DNA from: Hemiscyllium ocellatum
Taxonomy: Eukaryota
Assembly (NCBI RefSeq): GCF_020745735.1
Contig: NC_083411.1
Span: forward strand, 20,729,263-20,793,262
DNA length: 64,000 nucleotides
Direction of reading: 5' to 3'
A model generated the notes under the pieces. That model was not told the origin of the DNA. It saw only the letters and a program-made list of their open reading frames with translations, and made no database searches. This document shows, one piece after another, positions 13,146 to 27,210 of this stretch (position 1 is its first letter; every line of letters begins with the position of its first letter). The translations under genes were made by a program, and so were the position numbers.

Positions 13146-14211
13146 AAAAATCCAGCTTTGTCTGTAACTGTCATCTTGGGATGTTTTTCTCGCCTGCTCC
13201 TGATTGCGTGTCTTGAGTTCTTCCTCTTACATATTCCTCCATGCATTCTCTGTCATGGTGTCCTCCTCTTGGTGCTGCAGACTGCCTGTCTTGGGTCCAT
13301 CCCTTGTCTGATCCTCTATGTAACCCCTTGCATGGTGTCCACGCCATGCCTGATCCTCTCGTTACTACTGACAACCTGCCTTGGGTCCTTCTCTCTCCTG
13401 TTCCTCTAGCTAATATTGCCTAACTTCCTGTTGTAGAGTCCTCATTTTTCCTGCTTTTATAGTGGATGCTGACTGCCTGATTCAGGTTCCTCCTCACACC
13501 TACTCCCCTTATCTCATTCTTCCAAAAGCGAGAGTAAAAATCCTTTCTGTATTCATGGACTGTGTGTAACATTAGTAGAATGGGTAAAGCTAAAGTAACA
13601 TAAAAATTAAACTCTTCATCATCTTAAACAACAGAAGAATCGTTTTGAAATAATGGTGTGTTTATCTAACTATCTATCTATTTATTCTTTTTATATATAT
13701 AAATATATATATATGTGTGTACATAGCTCCAAGCATCACCTAAGAGCATCCTAAACTGCTTTACAGCCAATTAGGTATTTTTGAAGTGTACTTTATGTGC
13801 TAAGGTGTGCAATGCTGTAGTTATGTATAAACCAGATCATTGCATTCTATGAGCTACTGCTCATGATGAAGGCTGCTACTATCCTTTTCAAGTGTAGGAA
13901 ACTACAGGGCCTGTTTGCTCTAATCTGGTAGAAGACATTACTTCTTCTAATGAAATGAGTCATTTGTAGTTAACAAGATATAGTTTATTCATGTTTGCAA
14001 CCAGATACAACTTCCATTGGTATGATTGGCACATTAACAAAGACTTTGTGGACAATCAAAAGTTACGTCTCACTTCTTTGAGATTTGAAGCTAATTTGTC
14101 CACAGGTCTATATGACATCATCATAGTTGTTGGTGCTTCTGGTACTCTCCAGAATCAGCCTTCACACCCATATACAATAAGAAACAAGGCAGCCAATTTA
14201 CACACACCAAA

Positions 14212-14550
14212 GGGCACAGTGGCTCAGTGGTTAGCATTGCTGCCTCACAGCACCAGGGACCCAGGATCGATTCCACCCTTACGCAACCGTGTAGACTTGC
14301 ACATACTCCCCGTGTCTGTGTGGTTTTCCTCCCACAGTCCAAATATGTGCAGGTTATGTGGATTCACTATGCTAAATTGCCCATAGTGTCCAGGGATCTG
14401 CAGGCTAGATAGATTGGCCTTGGGAAATGCACAAGGATTAGGTGGATATGGTGGGATGCTCTCTAAAGGGTCAGTGTGAACTCAATGGGCCAAATGGAGC
14501 TGATGAGTGAGCAATTTTATTCTCTGCTTTCTCATTGTAGGGATTCAATG
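14212..14550 (+). mobile_element. HE1-like V-SINE inserted into a DeuSINE remnant
   Basis: A/B boxes and V core; DeuSINE sequence continues on both sides. Confidence 0.8.
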
Positions 14551-15214
14551 AAATCCCCCACAGGCACCAATGTGATAATAAATAGATGATGTCCATTTTG
14601 TATTATGGCAAGAGATATAAATATTGATTAGGACATTAGGAATAATTCCAGTACATATATTTTATATAAATATATCACTTAAAACTTCAATCTAATGCCT
14701 CATTAAAAAGTCATGAAACTTCTGATATTGCAGTAGTCTGTGTCTCCTATTTTGGTGTGCCACCCTGCCTGAGATAGGATTTGAACTTACAACCTTCCAA
14801 CTCAGAGACAAGAATATTGCTAATTGAGCTTCAACTAAGCACAACCTCCCATGTTTCTTCTTGTAGCAACTCATATTTACGCAAAAGAGGAATTGCGTGC
14901 ACTTTACAGTAAGGATAGAGGAAGTGAGTTGGGAATGTGGAAGCAGTTGGTGGACAATGATCAGAAAGCAAAGGAATTTGTTGCAGAGTGCAAGCAAATT
15001 AGGCCAAAGCTACAATCGAAGTGATAGAGCTCTATAAAAGTGACTTACATGTCATTCTGGGAGTTAGTTGACATTGATAACCCAGAGCATGGGAATGTGT
15101 ATTATGCTGTGCAGGGTGTGAATGGGTCTTGTGGGAGTTATGCCTTGCTTTAGTTTGAATGTTACTGTAATTCCCTATTCACCTATTTACCTGTATCCTA
15201 GCCAAGGCTATGCT

Positions 15215-15668
15215 TTTGCCCAGCACTGAAAAACACAAGTCGATCCTACAAGAAATTACACAGAGTTTTGCACACAGCCCAGTCCATCACACAAACAAGC
15301 CTTCTTTCTGTTAACTCCATCAACACTTCCCACTGCCTCGGGAAAGCAGCCAACATCATCAAAGAGCCTGCCATTCCTGGTTATACTCTTTTCCCTATCT
15401 TCCATCAGGCAGAAGGTATGAAAGTTTGAAAACACATACCAACAGATTCAAGACCAGCTTCTTCCCTTTTGTTATCAGACTTATGAACAGTCCTCTTATA
15501 TATTAGAGTTGGCTTTTCTCTGCACTTTCTCTACAGCCGTAACAGTATATTCTACTTTCTGTTCTGTGGTCTTGATATACTTTTATAAGGTATGATTTGT
15601 CTAGTTAGCACACAAAACAATTTTCACTGAATCTCAGTACATTTGCAATAACCAAATCAAATCAAAAT
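15215..15668 (+). mobile_element. Rex1/Babar-type LINE 3' fragment
   Basis: CLGKAANIIK...LPSGRRY.SLKTHTNRFKTSFFP; AAATC-repeat tail. Confidence 0.75.
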
Positions 15669-16427
15669 CCTCTAATTGTTCTACTCTGAATGCTTGCTGC
15701 ATATGTATAAATAACAGGCAATTCAATTTGAGATGCACGTGCTGCACCTTACATTATCACCAACTGTTCTGATAAAGTGCTATTTAAGATCGAGTGACTT
15801 TGTTTTCTAGAGGTGTTGAAACAATGGGTCTTTATGGATAGCATGAGTAATGTCGATTTCTTTGCATTCAATCTGCCCATGTAGCACTGTGATTACACAG
15901 CAACTAATATTAAATTTATAAACAACAGACCTTTCTGTTTTTCCATTAAGCATTATTGCCAATCCAAACCTTATACAACTCACTCTCGTTAATGCTGAAC
16001 ATATTGTTTATGCTGTTAATTATGAAAGCTGTCAGTTTTCAGGCTTGCAATATTTGGATATGTATTGCATACTTTCAGATGCTTTTCAAAAATGATCCAA
16101 CTGTTAGCGAGTCATTAACATGTCCTTTCCGAATCTCTTATCTGGAGTTCATAAGCAAAGATTGGGCATAATGTGGAAAAAGAGGTATGAGAGAGGAGCT
16201 GAAGAACGTTACCTTTCAGTTTCAAATTCAGTTGAGCATCTGAGCTGTAAATTTAAACTCAACACCTCACAAAGTTACCTGCCTGGAATTGACAATCCTT
16301 TGTGCTTGAAGTAGGCAAGAGAAATTGTATAAAAGAGAGAGCTTGAGTCTGTATTTATAATGCATCGCCAGTTCAGGATGGTTCAGAGTTGCCTGACCTG
16401 GACCCTACAAATCAGCATCTCATCAAA

Positions 16428-16940
16428 GTCATAGAGTCATAGAAATGTACAGCATGGAAACAGACCCTTCGGTCCAACTCATCCACGCCGACCAGATATC
16501 CCAACCTGCCAGCACCCGGCCCATATCCCTCCAAACCCTTCCTATTCATATACCCATCCAAATGCCTCTTAAATGTTGCACTTGTACCAGCCTCCACCAC
16601 ATCCTATGGCAGCTCATTCCATACACGCACTACCCTCTGTATGAAAAAGTTGCCCCATAGGTCTCTTTTATATCTTTCCCCTCTCACCCTAAATCTATGC
16701 CCTCTAGTTCTGGACTCCCCAACCCCAGGGAAGACTTTGTCTATTTACCCTATCCATTCCCCTCATAATTTTGTAAACATCTATAAGGTCACCCCTCAGC
16801 CTCCGACGCTCCAGGGAAAACAGCCCCAACCTATTCAGCCTCTCCAATGCTGGCAACATCCCTGTAAATCTTTTCTGAACCCTTTCAAGTTTCACAACAT
16901 CTTTCCGATAGTAAGGAAACCAGAATTGCACGCAATTGCA
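16428..16940 (-). mobile_element. Young CR1 (HER1-like) 3' fragment
   Basis: KLERVQKRFTGMLP...RRLRGDLIDVYKI; (ACTCTATG)n tail. Confidence 0.92.
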
Positions 16941-17834
16941 TAGACATTTTCAGTTAGCAATTATTAGGAACAAAGATAGAACATTAAGTCCCTCAAAAAT
17001 CCATGCTACCATTAACTTAGATCAAGGCTAAGTAGACAAGGGTGATGCAGTAAACAAAATATATTTGGGAGTCAAAACATGACACATTCAGAACATATGG
17101 AATCAGGGACAAGCTGTGAAGCAGATAGCAAGCCGGTTGCAAAAACAGAAAAGTCGTAAAAAGTAGAAAAAGCAGTCGAGGCTGAAGATAAAAGCAAAAT
17201 ACTGTCGATACTGGAATTATTTTTAAAAATCGGAAATTGCTGGAGAAACTCAGCAGTCCAATGTGATTATTCTCCAGAACTGAATGAGTCAGATCAGACT
17301 TAAAACAAAATATATTTTGTTTCTGTTTCTGTTTCTGTCTCCACATATGCCGCCAGACCAGTGTTACAGAAACACTGGTCTTTTCTTATATTAGAGGCTA
17401 AATGAAGATACTTAAACTGACTACTGTTAAGAAGTGGTATTTTACAGGAATCAGTAGTGAGAACACTTTTGTTCACCAGGCTTATAAACCATTTGGACTC
17501 AAGAATTGGAAACATAATTTCAAAATCTAGGGACAGCACTCAACTAAGGAACTAATTAAGGGGTCTAAAACAAAATGCAGGAAGGCAGGGAGAATACACA
17601 TGCAGAATATGCATGACAATGAGCCTCACTTTAGATGGATGTGAGGCTGTATATTTAAGTTTAAAGATTAAGGAGTCTGCAGATTCCTTGGAAAAAGCAA
17701 ACAGGTGTAGAAATATCTAAAACTAGTAATGCAAGTTTGAAGACGATCAAAAATAGCCAATGAAGCACTCTTTATTCTGAGAAAGATGGAGCAGTTGCTG
17801 AACTTCTGCAGGGGTGAAACATGAAACGAGAGCA

Positions 17835-18345
17835 TAAAACATAGACAGTACAGCACAGGAATGGGCCTTTTGGCTCACAATGTTATGCCAAACATGATGC
17901 CAAATTAAACTAATCCCTTCTGCCTACCCTTCGTCCACATCCCTCCATTTCTTGCATAGTCATATGCTTATCTAAAAGTCCCTTAAATGTCCCTATCGTA
18001 TCTGCCTCCAGTACCACTCCAACAAAGCGTTTCAGATTCCTACCACTCTCTGTGTAAAAAGCTTGCCCCACATGTCACCTTTGAACATTGCCCTCTCACC
18101 TTAGATATATGTCCATTAGTATTAAACATTTCAATTCGAATGAAATGATTCTGATCATCAACCATATCTACGCATCTCACAACTTTATAGACTTCCTTCA
18201 AGTCTCCCCTCAGCTACCATCACTCCAGAGAAAACAACCTGAGTTTCTCTAGCCTCTCCTTACAGCTCATACCCTCTAATCCAGGCAGTATCCTAATAAA
18301 CCACTTCTGCACTCCCTCCAAAGCTTCCACATTCTTCCTGTAGTC
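17835..18345 (-). mobile_element. CR1 3' fragment, older subfamily
   Basis: Degenerate ORF2 C-terminus and 3' UTR. Confidence 0.75.
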
Positions 18346-18526
18346 TATGTATTTACTAGAAATCTCTTTCATACTTTTGCTAAGTTAGCCAGCCTCTGCC
18401 ACTGCGACAGTGAGAATGTTATCATTAGCCTTGCAGTAAGAGTGGTTCAGGTGGACTCACCTGATTTCAATCTATTACCATAACTGAAAACTTTGTAGGT
18501 GATCATCAAGTGAAAATATGTTCAGT

Positions 18527-18616
18527 TGATGAAGGGCTTATGCTCGAAACATCGAATTCCCTATTCCTGAGATGCTGCCTGGCCTGCTGTGCTTTGACCA
18601 GCAACACATTTTCAGT
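18527..18616 (+). mobile_element. Mini-PLE family A, single arm
   Basis: TGATGAAGGGCTTATGCTCGAAACATCG core; flanking direct repeat TTCAGTTGA (18521-18529 and 18611-18619). Confidence 0.8.
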
Positions 18617-19639
18617 TGACATAACTGCCATGGTGGAATAGGTTTCTATTGTACAATCTGCCTGGCATTGGTGTTGGTGGTTGCAGGATGAGTGGGTGGA
18701 GGTGGAGTGTAGCAGGGACGAGAGAAACTGACATTGAAATAAGCTGTAAGTAAATGGGAAGTGGAGGAATATCGCACAGCTTTGAGGTTACCCACCAACA
18801 TGTGGAACGAGGTGGTGATAAAGTGTGTCTCGCATTCTGGAAGGCTCGGAAATCCGGTATCTCCTAGGCCCACAAATGAATGAGTGAAGAGGCGTTTTTT
18901 TTCCCAGTGTTGTCTGTCATTGAACCTTTTCTAACTTGGTGCAGCCCAGCCAAAAAGACTACAGCAACTTCCCCACTTCAGTTAGATCTGTAGTCAGGAC
19001 CCACTGACAGCAATCGAGCCCCAGTATGTAAAAAGAAAAAGAAGGACCTTATTAGGTTTGGACAGTTATACCTTCACTGCATGTAGGTGAAGCTCATCGA
19101 TGATGAGATCCTGCTCTCCTTCTGACAAGTAATCATTAACTTGGGCAATGTAAGCTGCCCACCCGCCCAGCAGAATTCATGACCAGGCTTTAAGACAAGG
19201 AAGAATGCTTGATGAGGCAGGAAATGCAGGCTGGGTTTTCAATGCAGGATGGGTGATAGAAGAGGCGACTAGATTTCAATGAAGAGAAGAGGAAAAGAAA
19301 ATGAGGAAAGAGCAGAAATTTGGTGCAATTCGTTTGAGAGGAGATGCTTGGAATGGCACCTCAGATTGGGAAAATGGATAGCAATGTTATTAACTGAGAG
19401 GTAGTTGCAAAGGATACAATGGCAAGAATTGGTTAAGGGAAGAAGGTAGTTAACACTGGGGTTAGTGGCGGGGAGGGCCGTGTACCAGTTCACTAAGATT
19501 GGATTGGCAAAGAGTAACTGGTTAAACTGCAAAGGAGAGGGAGAAACACTAGTTTCTACACAAAGCACAAGAGCACCATGCAGAGTTATGACCCATATAA
19601 TTACAAAAAAGCTCATGGGGGACTGCAAAGAAGGCTTTG

Positions 19640-20345
19640 AAGGACAATGCTAGAATTGCTAGGTTATAACTAGCAGAAAAGATTTATCAAGCTGGGGTTC
19701 TTTTCTCGAGATAAAAAGAAGGCTAAAAAGTATGCTATCATATATCGTTGAAGTTATGAAGGGGTCTGATAGGATGGATTTAGATTAGATTCCCTACAAT
19801 GTAGAAACAGGCACTTCGGCCCAACAAGTCCACACCGACCCTCTGAAGAGTAACCCACCGAGACCCACCTCCCACTGAATAACGCACCTAACCTATGGGC
19901 AACTTAGCATGGCCAATTTACCTGACCTGCGCATCTTTGGATTGTGGGAGGAAACCCACGCAGACATGGAAAGAATGTGTAAACTCCACACAGATGGTCA
20001 CCTGAGACTGGAATTGAACGTGGGACCCTGGTGCTGTGAGGCAGCACTGCTAGCCACTGAGCCACTGTGTCGCCCCAGTTGTTTCCACTTGTGAGGTGGA
20101 ATGGTTCAAAAATCTCAGATTATAACAAAAGATGGTCATAAATGTACCAGAGATTCAGGGCAATATTTATGTGCAGTGTTTAGATTGTGGAGCTGTCTAC
20201 CACAGGGAGTAGTTGAGATGGCACGTTATAGATGCATTTGAATTGAAGTTAGGTAGCCACATAAAGTAGAAAGGAATTGAAGAATATGTACATATAGTTC
20301 AGTGGAGAAGGGTGGGAAGAGGCTCACAAGAGCATTAGCACCTCA
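19640..20345 (+). mobile_element. Old CR1 3' fragment interrupted by an HE1-like SINE (19780-20076, -)
   Basis: Degenerate CR1 motifs on either side of a complete SINE. Confidence 0.75.
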
Positions 20346-23142
20346 GAAAGAAGTGACAGGAGTAAGCCCTCAAGCTTTACCCAAGTTATAAAGAAATCAT
20401 AATTGATCCTCAGCACCATCTCCTTGCCCATGTAACTTTTCCACACTGAGCACCCCTTCAGCAAGAGATCCTTGCCACTGCTGTTGCAGATCAGTCACAC
20501 TGCACATGGGTCTTAGACTAGATCGCCTCATTTCCAATTCTCACAATCCATACTGACTTTCTTACATTTTACAAACATTTTGCATAGAATTTAGAACCCT
20601 AAGACAGACCATTCGCCTCAATTGACCCATCCATCTTTCACAAGAGCCTCCTCTGACTCTTCCTTATTCTAGTCCATCAGCCTATCTTACTATTTCTTCT
20701 CCCCTCATGCGCTGATCTAACATAACCTTCAATGCATCTCATATACTCCATGTGGTAGTGAGTTCAGTGTTCTAAAGGTAAAAAGGTTTCCCCCAGTTTC
20801 TCTCTTACATGTTGCTGATGGTAATGATAAACACTATTAACAGTGGCAAGGCAAAGATGTCAGCTTTCACTTTTGATGGTCTGGCTGTACAGACACATCC
20901 CCATGCTTGAGGGATAGGGGGAAGGGGTGAAGTGTATTGCAAGAGAAGCAAAGTACCTGTGAAACGAATTCCTAACCATGCTCTGAAATCTATTCCGCAA
21001 TGTAGATGTGTGGGCTTCACAGAAATACTGAAAATAATCAAAACAAAAGACCAATTTTAGCTGATTCACGGGCTAAATGTCAAGGCATCTTAAAAGCAGA
21101 CTGGATTGTATTACTTTAATGTGGTCAATTGGAGTTGAATAAGCAAACACTTTCTGAGGCAATTATCTCCTTCTCCAGGGTTCATTGGGAAACATTTAGA
21201 ATATGATTCTCTTTTTACATAATCCCTGTGTATTAAGAGCTTGATGACATATTCCTGACTTGTAGCCGACAATAATGTTTTGTTTATTGAAATAGCACAA
21301 GTTGTGCAAGTGGCAAATGTGGTGTAACATGAATTATGTGACCTGGTCAAAGATGCACTCACTTAACAGAAGTAAACGGATGCATTTGTTCTGGTTGGTT
21401 ATGAATACGAATAGCAGTTGGGTTGTATTGTACCACAAGGTACTCAGTTAGCCTTGCACCTTTACTCTTGTTTTTTTTCTCCTTTAATATAATTTTCGTC
21501 TTTTATTTGCATAATGTTATCTTTACTCAAATCAGCTTTGAAACCACACCCACTCAGTGGGTCTGCAGACTGTTTCTAATAGCCACCAGTGCCCCATCTT
21601 GGATTTATTGGATGTTTCACATTGATTTTGCTTCATTCCTCCCATTCCTCTCACCCACAATGTCTTCTGTTGGTTTCGCGCTTTGTAACTTTAAGGTTTA
21701 GAAATTAATGGAATAAAGATTTTTATTCCCTTTGAGAATTTTCTGAGCGTTAGTGCACTGGGACTCATGGCCAATGTGACATTTACTTTTTCCCCATTGT
21801 TCCTGTGGATTTGAACGCATCCAGAACCATGGGGTGAAAGTGAGTGACCTAAATGAAATGCACTTGAGAAAATGCACCTGGTCCCGACCATTATTTATCC
21901 ACATCATACAAGTTCCATAGTATCACCCCAGAGATTTCATAGTGTAACTCGTTTAGGAAAGAGAAATATCTGGTGAAGCAGTGCTGGGATTAAGTAACAT
22001 TATTAGGCATTGTAGTTCTTCAGATCCAACTTGTATTTCATCCGACATGGGGAATGCTGGATACTAACACTGCATTAAATGAAACAAGGGAATTTGTTTT
22101 ATTGAAAAACCTTCCTAATGTTGGAACTCAAATGCTATATTCCAAAATTCTCACACTTGACTGATTTTGGGCAGTGTATTCCCATGCAACATGTCCTCTG
22201 GCTGGTATTGAGTTTATAGCAATCAGATTAATTAAACATCACAATGCAGTGTTTCATTTCAAGATCTGTCCCTGATGAGTTATATAGCACTGTATCGCAG
22301 TTGCTGTTTCTTTATCTTCATTTTTATTAAAACCATAAATTTAGGTCACGTCTGCTACAATAGAATGGCCTAATTGGCATCAATCATCACACCATTGTAC
22401 TCTTCTCTATTTACAAGCCAGTCAGACTGTCTTGCAAGAAGATGCTCTTTCAAATGAGCCAATTTAACAAATAAAATCATTTATATTTGGTAAATGATTC
22501 TCTTCATCTTCCAATTTAGCGGGACAACAGGATTTCTCAAGAGGTGGCCACGTATCTCTCTTTTCATTGACTGATAAATGATTTAACAGCGCATGCAGTG
22601 ACTGATCATAGTTTTGTGGTGTTCTGCTCTCTCCAGTTAATGTTTCCATTCACTCACTCCTTCTTTGGAAGGTGCTGATTGGTCTTGTGATCAATAGGCG
22701 CGAGGAAATTTCCATCTTTGCTTCCGTCTTATCCGTACAAGGCATGATACTGTTGTTCCCATGACATCTGGCTATGAGAATATGTTGCATCTGAGTCCAA
22801 TCCATTCTCCCTCCAATATCTAAGCACATACACCTGTCAATATATGACATGCCAAGAGATTAGTCCCTGCAGAGTGAAACAGTTACTTACTTCCATTACC
22901 TCTCACGCTAAGCACTTCAAAGGTGCTGTATAGTGGCTTGGCAGAGAATTAATAAAACTTGAGCAAACCAGTTCCAAAGATGGTCAATTCCCTGTAGTGC
23001 AAGTCAAGTCTCTTCCTACCACGTCCATACCATCTTTCAAGGTGCCTTGGAAATCATCAGCCATCAGTCGAGACTTGACTATTGCAATGCGCCAAACGAT
23101 CAGTCACATTCTGCCCGTTGTTAAGTTGAAGCCATCCAATTC

Positions 23143-23737
23143 TCTGGTCATGTTGCGACTATACAGGACATTAGTTAGCCACTTTTGGAATATGGAATAC
23201 TGCGTGCAATTCTGGTCTCCTTCCTATGGGAAGGATGTTGTGAAACTTGAAAGAATTCAGAAAGGATTTACCAGGATGTTGCCAGGTTTGGAGGCTTCGA
23301 GCTATAGGGAGTGGCTGAACAGGCTGAAGCTGTTTTCCCTAGGCTGGAGCGTCGAAGGCTGAGGGGTGACCTTATAGAGGTTTATAAAATCATGAGGGGC
23401 ATGGATAAATAGACAAGGAATTTTCCCTGGGTTAGGGGAGTCCAGAACTAGAAAGATTAGGTTTAGAGTGAGAGGGGAAAGATTTAAAAGAGAGCTACGG
23501 GGCAACCTTTTCACACAGAGGGTGGTACATGTGAGGAATGGGCTGCCAGAGGAAGTGGTGGAGACTAATGCAATTGCAACATTTAAAAAGCATCTGGATA
23601 GGTACATGAATAGGAAGGGTTTGGAGGGATATGGGCTGGGTGCTGGCAGGTGGGATTAGATTGGGATGGTGTACCTGGTTGGCATAGATGAGTTGGACTG
23701 AAGGGTCTGTTTCTGTGCTGTATACTCCTATGACTCT
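23143..23737 (+). mobile_element. Young CR1 3' fragment
   Basis: MLRLYRTLV..EYCVQFWSPSY.KDVVKLERIQK; tail TATGACTCTG. Confidence 0.92.
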
Positions 23738-23863
23738 GTGTTGTACCTTGCACTGTTCACTCATATTCCCAGTGTTCCACTGATCCACAGTGGCTCCCTG
23801 TTAAGAAATGCCTTTATTTTAAAATTCTCAGCCTTGCTTTCAAATCCTTCCATTGCCTTGTTT

Positions 23864-23901
23864 GATTCCTGAAGAAGGGCTCATGCCCGAAACGTCGATT
23901 C
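23864..23901 (+). ncRNA. Minimal type I hammerhead ribozyme motif
   Basis: GATTC-CTGAAGA-A-GGGC-TCAT-GCCC-GAAA-C-GTC-GATTC: intact core, 4-bp stem II, stem I with one U-U mismatch. Confidence 0.65.
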
Positions 23902-23993
23902 TCCTGCTCTTTGGATGCTGCCTGACCTGTTGCGCTTTTCCAGCAACACATTTTCAGCTCTGATCTCCAGCATCTGCAGTCCTCACTTTCTCC
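23865..23993 (+). mobile_element. Mini-PLE family A with tail
   Basis: 9-bp TSD CCTTGTTTG (23856-23864 and 23992-24000). Confidence 0.85.
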
Positions 23994-26619
23994 TTGTTTG
24001 CAGTGTGCCAATCATTCAGCATGTTCTGCATATTTAACAAGCAGAATGCATTGATGGACTACATTTAATGGACGAAAAAACTATGTTCTCTCTGCTGTAG
24101 TTAAAAAAGGAAAGACAGTAAAAGAGGGAAAGATAGTAGATGGAAAAGACAGGCAAAGGATTTGAGAGTAAAGAACGTTCCACTGACACTGTTGGATTGT
24201 CTGTTCACACTCCTATCTTTGAGCGCGTTTTTTCATGGTTCTTATGGACAATAATTTTTCACTAGCCACAACTCTTGCAATTAAATATTTTATCAACAGT
24301 CTTTCTTGTAAAGAGTAATTAGAGCCAACTTGAAATAATCTTTCACCAGCAGTTTGGCTGTTGCAATGATTATTTTGTTAAGTTTACTTCAAAATGCATG
24401 TTGTCAGAATCAATATACGTTTCCTCTATCCCTTTAATGGCTCTTGATTTGTTTCATCATGTTTTCCATTTCAATTACAAATGCCATCCATTTCCTCAAT
24501 TTTGAGACAGGGTCTTGTTGCCGTGGAGATAATTGGCAGGATCATGCTGTTAATTAACATGAAGTGTTTCATTAGAGCCTAGGCCTGGGTTGATCTCCCA
24601 TCTGTTGATTTGCTCAGCTACGGAGGTTTCAATGTGTTTAATTATATGGCATTCCGCTCCAGTTTGTGTTTTGGTTGCATTCATTCATGGGAATTGGGCA
24701 GGCTTGTTTATTCTCCCACATTAATTGAGAGCAAGGTGCATGACTCACACCTATGCGATTATATTCATTTGTGATAGGTTAGGGCAGAGATGATGCACAC
24801 CACTCTGGCAATTTTAAGCAGTGGCAAGATTTTCAAGAAGGATATTCAGAAGAAACCACCATTGGTTGGCACTAAGTATATATTCAAGCTCTGGGAATAA
24901 GCTGTAAGGTAGAGAGGCAGCAAAACAAAACAAATGGTTGCCAAGAGGGATAGTGTTAGCCTGTTATTCAACACCCTGGGATGGACTCAGTCTCATAGTT
25001 ACTCAAACACGAATGACTTCCCAAATGAATCTCATCCTAGTTTTGCATGACTTTCATGCATCCACATTATTCAGGAAGAGCCAATCTTTGGGGGAGGTCA
25101 GCACGCTTATTTGATCACTTTGGAAATTTACGCACAGACTTTGCAAGGAACAGGAGTGTCATATTTCCTGCAGACGTATAGGTCAATTTTAAATAGTTTG
25201 AAACTAGTGCCCATCTCTCCAGCAATGGAAATGTGACAATTCCACTCTATTTTTGTGCATGGCAGGTTGAATAAATATTCACAGTCCCATGCAGTTTGAA
25301 TGAGTTCAGGGAGTATAATAGTGATGGGATTCTCAGAGAGATTAAAAGAAGTAAATAGTAAGTGAAGTGGCAGAAGTCAAGGAGTCATCTATCAAGTCCA
25401 TCACCAAGACTTACTCACAAATAAGTGGCTCAATGATGATTGGCTTAGATTCTGCCGAAACCATCCCACTCTTCACCTCATTGCATCCTCAATCTGGATG
25501 TAGACACACAAGCCAAGTCTCAGATGACATCTCAAGTAGTTGAGGCAGCAGCTAGAATTCCATTCTGTGTATTACTTACTTTTTGTGTGAATACTTATTA
25601 TCTGACATTAGCTCTGTATTTTTCATATATGAACTTGAAATTGTCCACATGCCACTATCATTTCTGTTCCCTTCATTATTTTTGTATGCCTGTAAAAGGT
25701 CATCTCTCAGGCACCTTGTCACATTGTAAATCTCAAGCCTCGACAGTCTTTATTTTTTTCACTCCTCACATCCTGGAAACTAGAAAGAAGCTTCATAGTG
25801 CTTTTCCACACTGTCTCCAGGATTGGATTATCTCCTACGTTTCTTAGTAACCAGAAGTAGACATAGTTCTGTTGGCATTGCTGTATTGGTTGGACATACT
25901 GAGCATGTTATGCACTCAGACTGTGTTTCTCAGCTTCAAACACAACGATTTCAGTACCATTCATATTGCGCAGAAATGGCCTATTTTTCCTTCATATATT
26001 AGCATTTTATAATTGCCAGCATTTTTTATTCATTCACAGAATGTGGGCATCAGTGGCCTAGCCATTTATGGCCATAATTTTCATGGGATTTTTATGAAAA
26101 TATATTGGTATATATATGATGGCTTAAAAAAATAAATACCCCAGGGATATTTTTAATTTGTTATTTTTGTCATCTCTATGTTACATTTTGACCTTTGCCC
26201 ATTAGGATGGGCAGTTAAATCTGTCCTTACAATTCTGTGAGATGCTGTTCTATAACTATCAGCTATTAGGTACAAAACATTAAATGTCTCCCTGTCCATC
26301 CCTTCATCCATGAACAAAGTCGCTTTGCCCTTTCCCTCCTCCGGTTGTTTGTTTACCATTTTCCATTGTAAAGCTGACAGCATAGGTCTCTACAAGCAGG
26401 TTTGGGATGCAGAAACTAAGCTTTAGAAGTTCATCAATTCTATTCTTCCAAACACATGGACAGAAGCAGCGGGCGCTATCATATAGGAACCTACTCTACT
26501 TGTTTACTAAAATTGAAAAATAATATGAAAAGTCAAAATCAATGAGCTGAAGAATTAGTACATTAATAGAACAGCAGGGTACTTTCAACAGTCACTCTTT
26601 CTTTACAAAATTAGACAGA

Positions 26620-27210
26620 ACTGAAATAGAAGCAAGAGTAGTTATCTTGGCCCCTCAGGGTTGCTCTGCCATTCGGTAAGACCATGACTGAACTGATGGC
26701 TTCAATCTCTTTCCTAACCCTGAAATGCTTTCAGCCCAATGTTCATTACTAATCTAATAAAATATTCGGACAGCGCTTCCACCGCCTTTTGAATAAGGGA
26801 GTTCCAAACACTCACGCTCAGTGAGAAAAATGATTGCTCTATCTCTGTCTTAAATGGCCACCCCTTTATTCGTAAACAGTGATATCTAGTTCTCAATGCA
26901 TTGCCCAGAAGAAATATCCATTCTGCGTGCACCCAACCAAAACCCATCATGAGTTTATCATTTCAGTCATCACCTCTTTCTCTTCTTAACTTCAGCTTTT
27001 ATACATCTAGACTTTCCAAACTCTCCTCAAGACATCTTGTCTATTCCACGTATGTGTCCAGTAAACCTTCTCTGACTTGCCTCATTCTGTTAACGTTGGT
27101 AATCATTTGCTATCCCTATATGCTAACCTTTTGAGATTAATGCACTAGGACACACCAGATCTGTCTACATCTCAGAGCTCAACCATCTCTCACCTTTATA
27201 TAACATACTT
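26620..27210 (-). mobile_element. Old CR1 3' fragment
   Basis: FFSLSVSVWNSL.QKAVEA motif. Confidence 0.65.
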
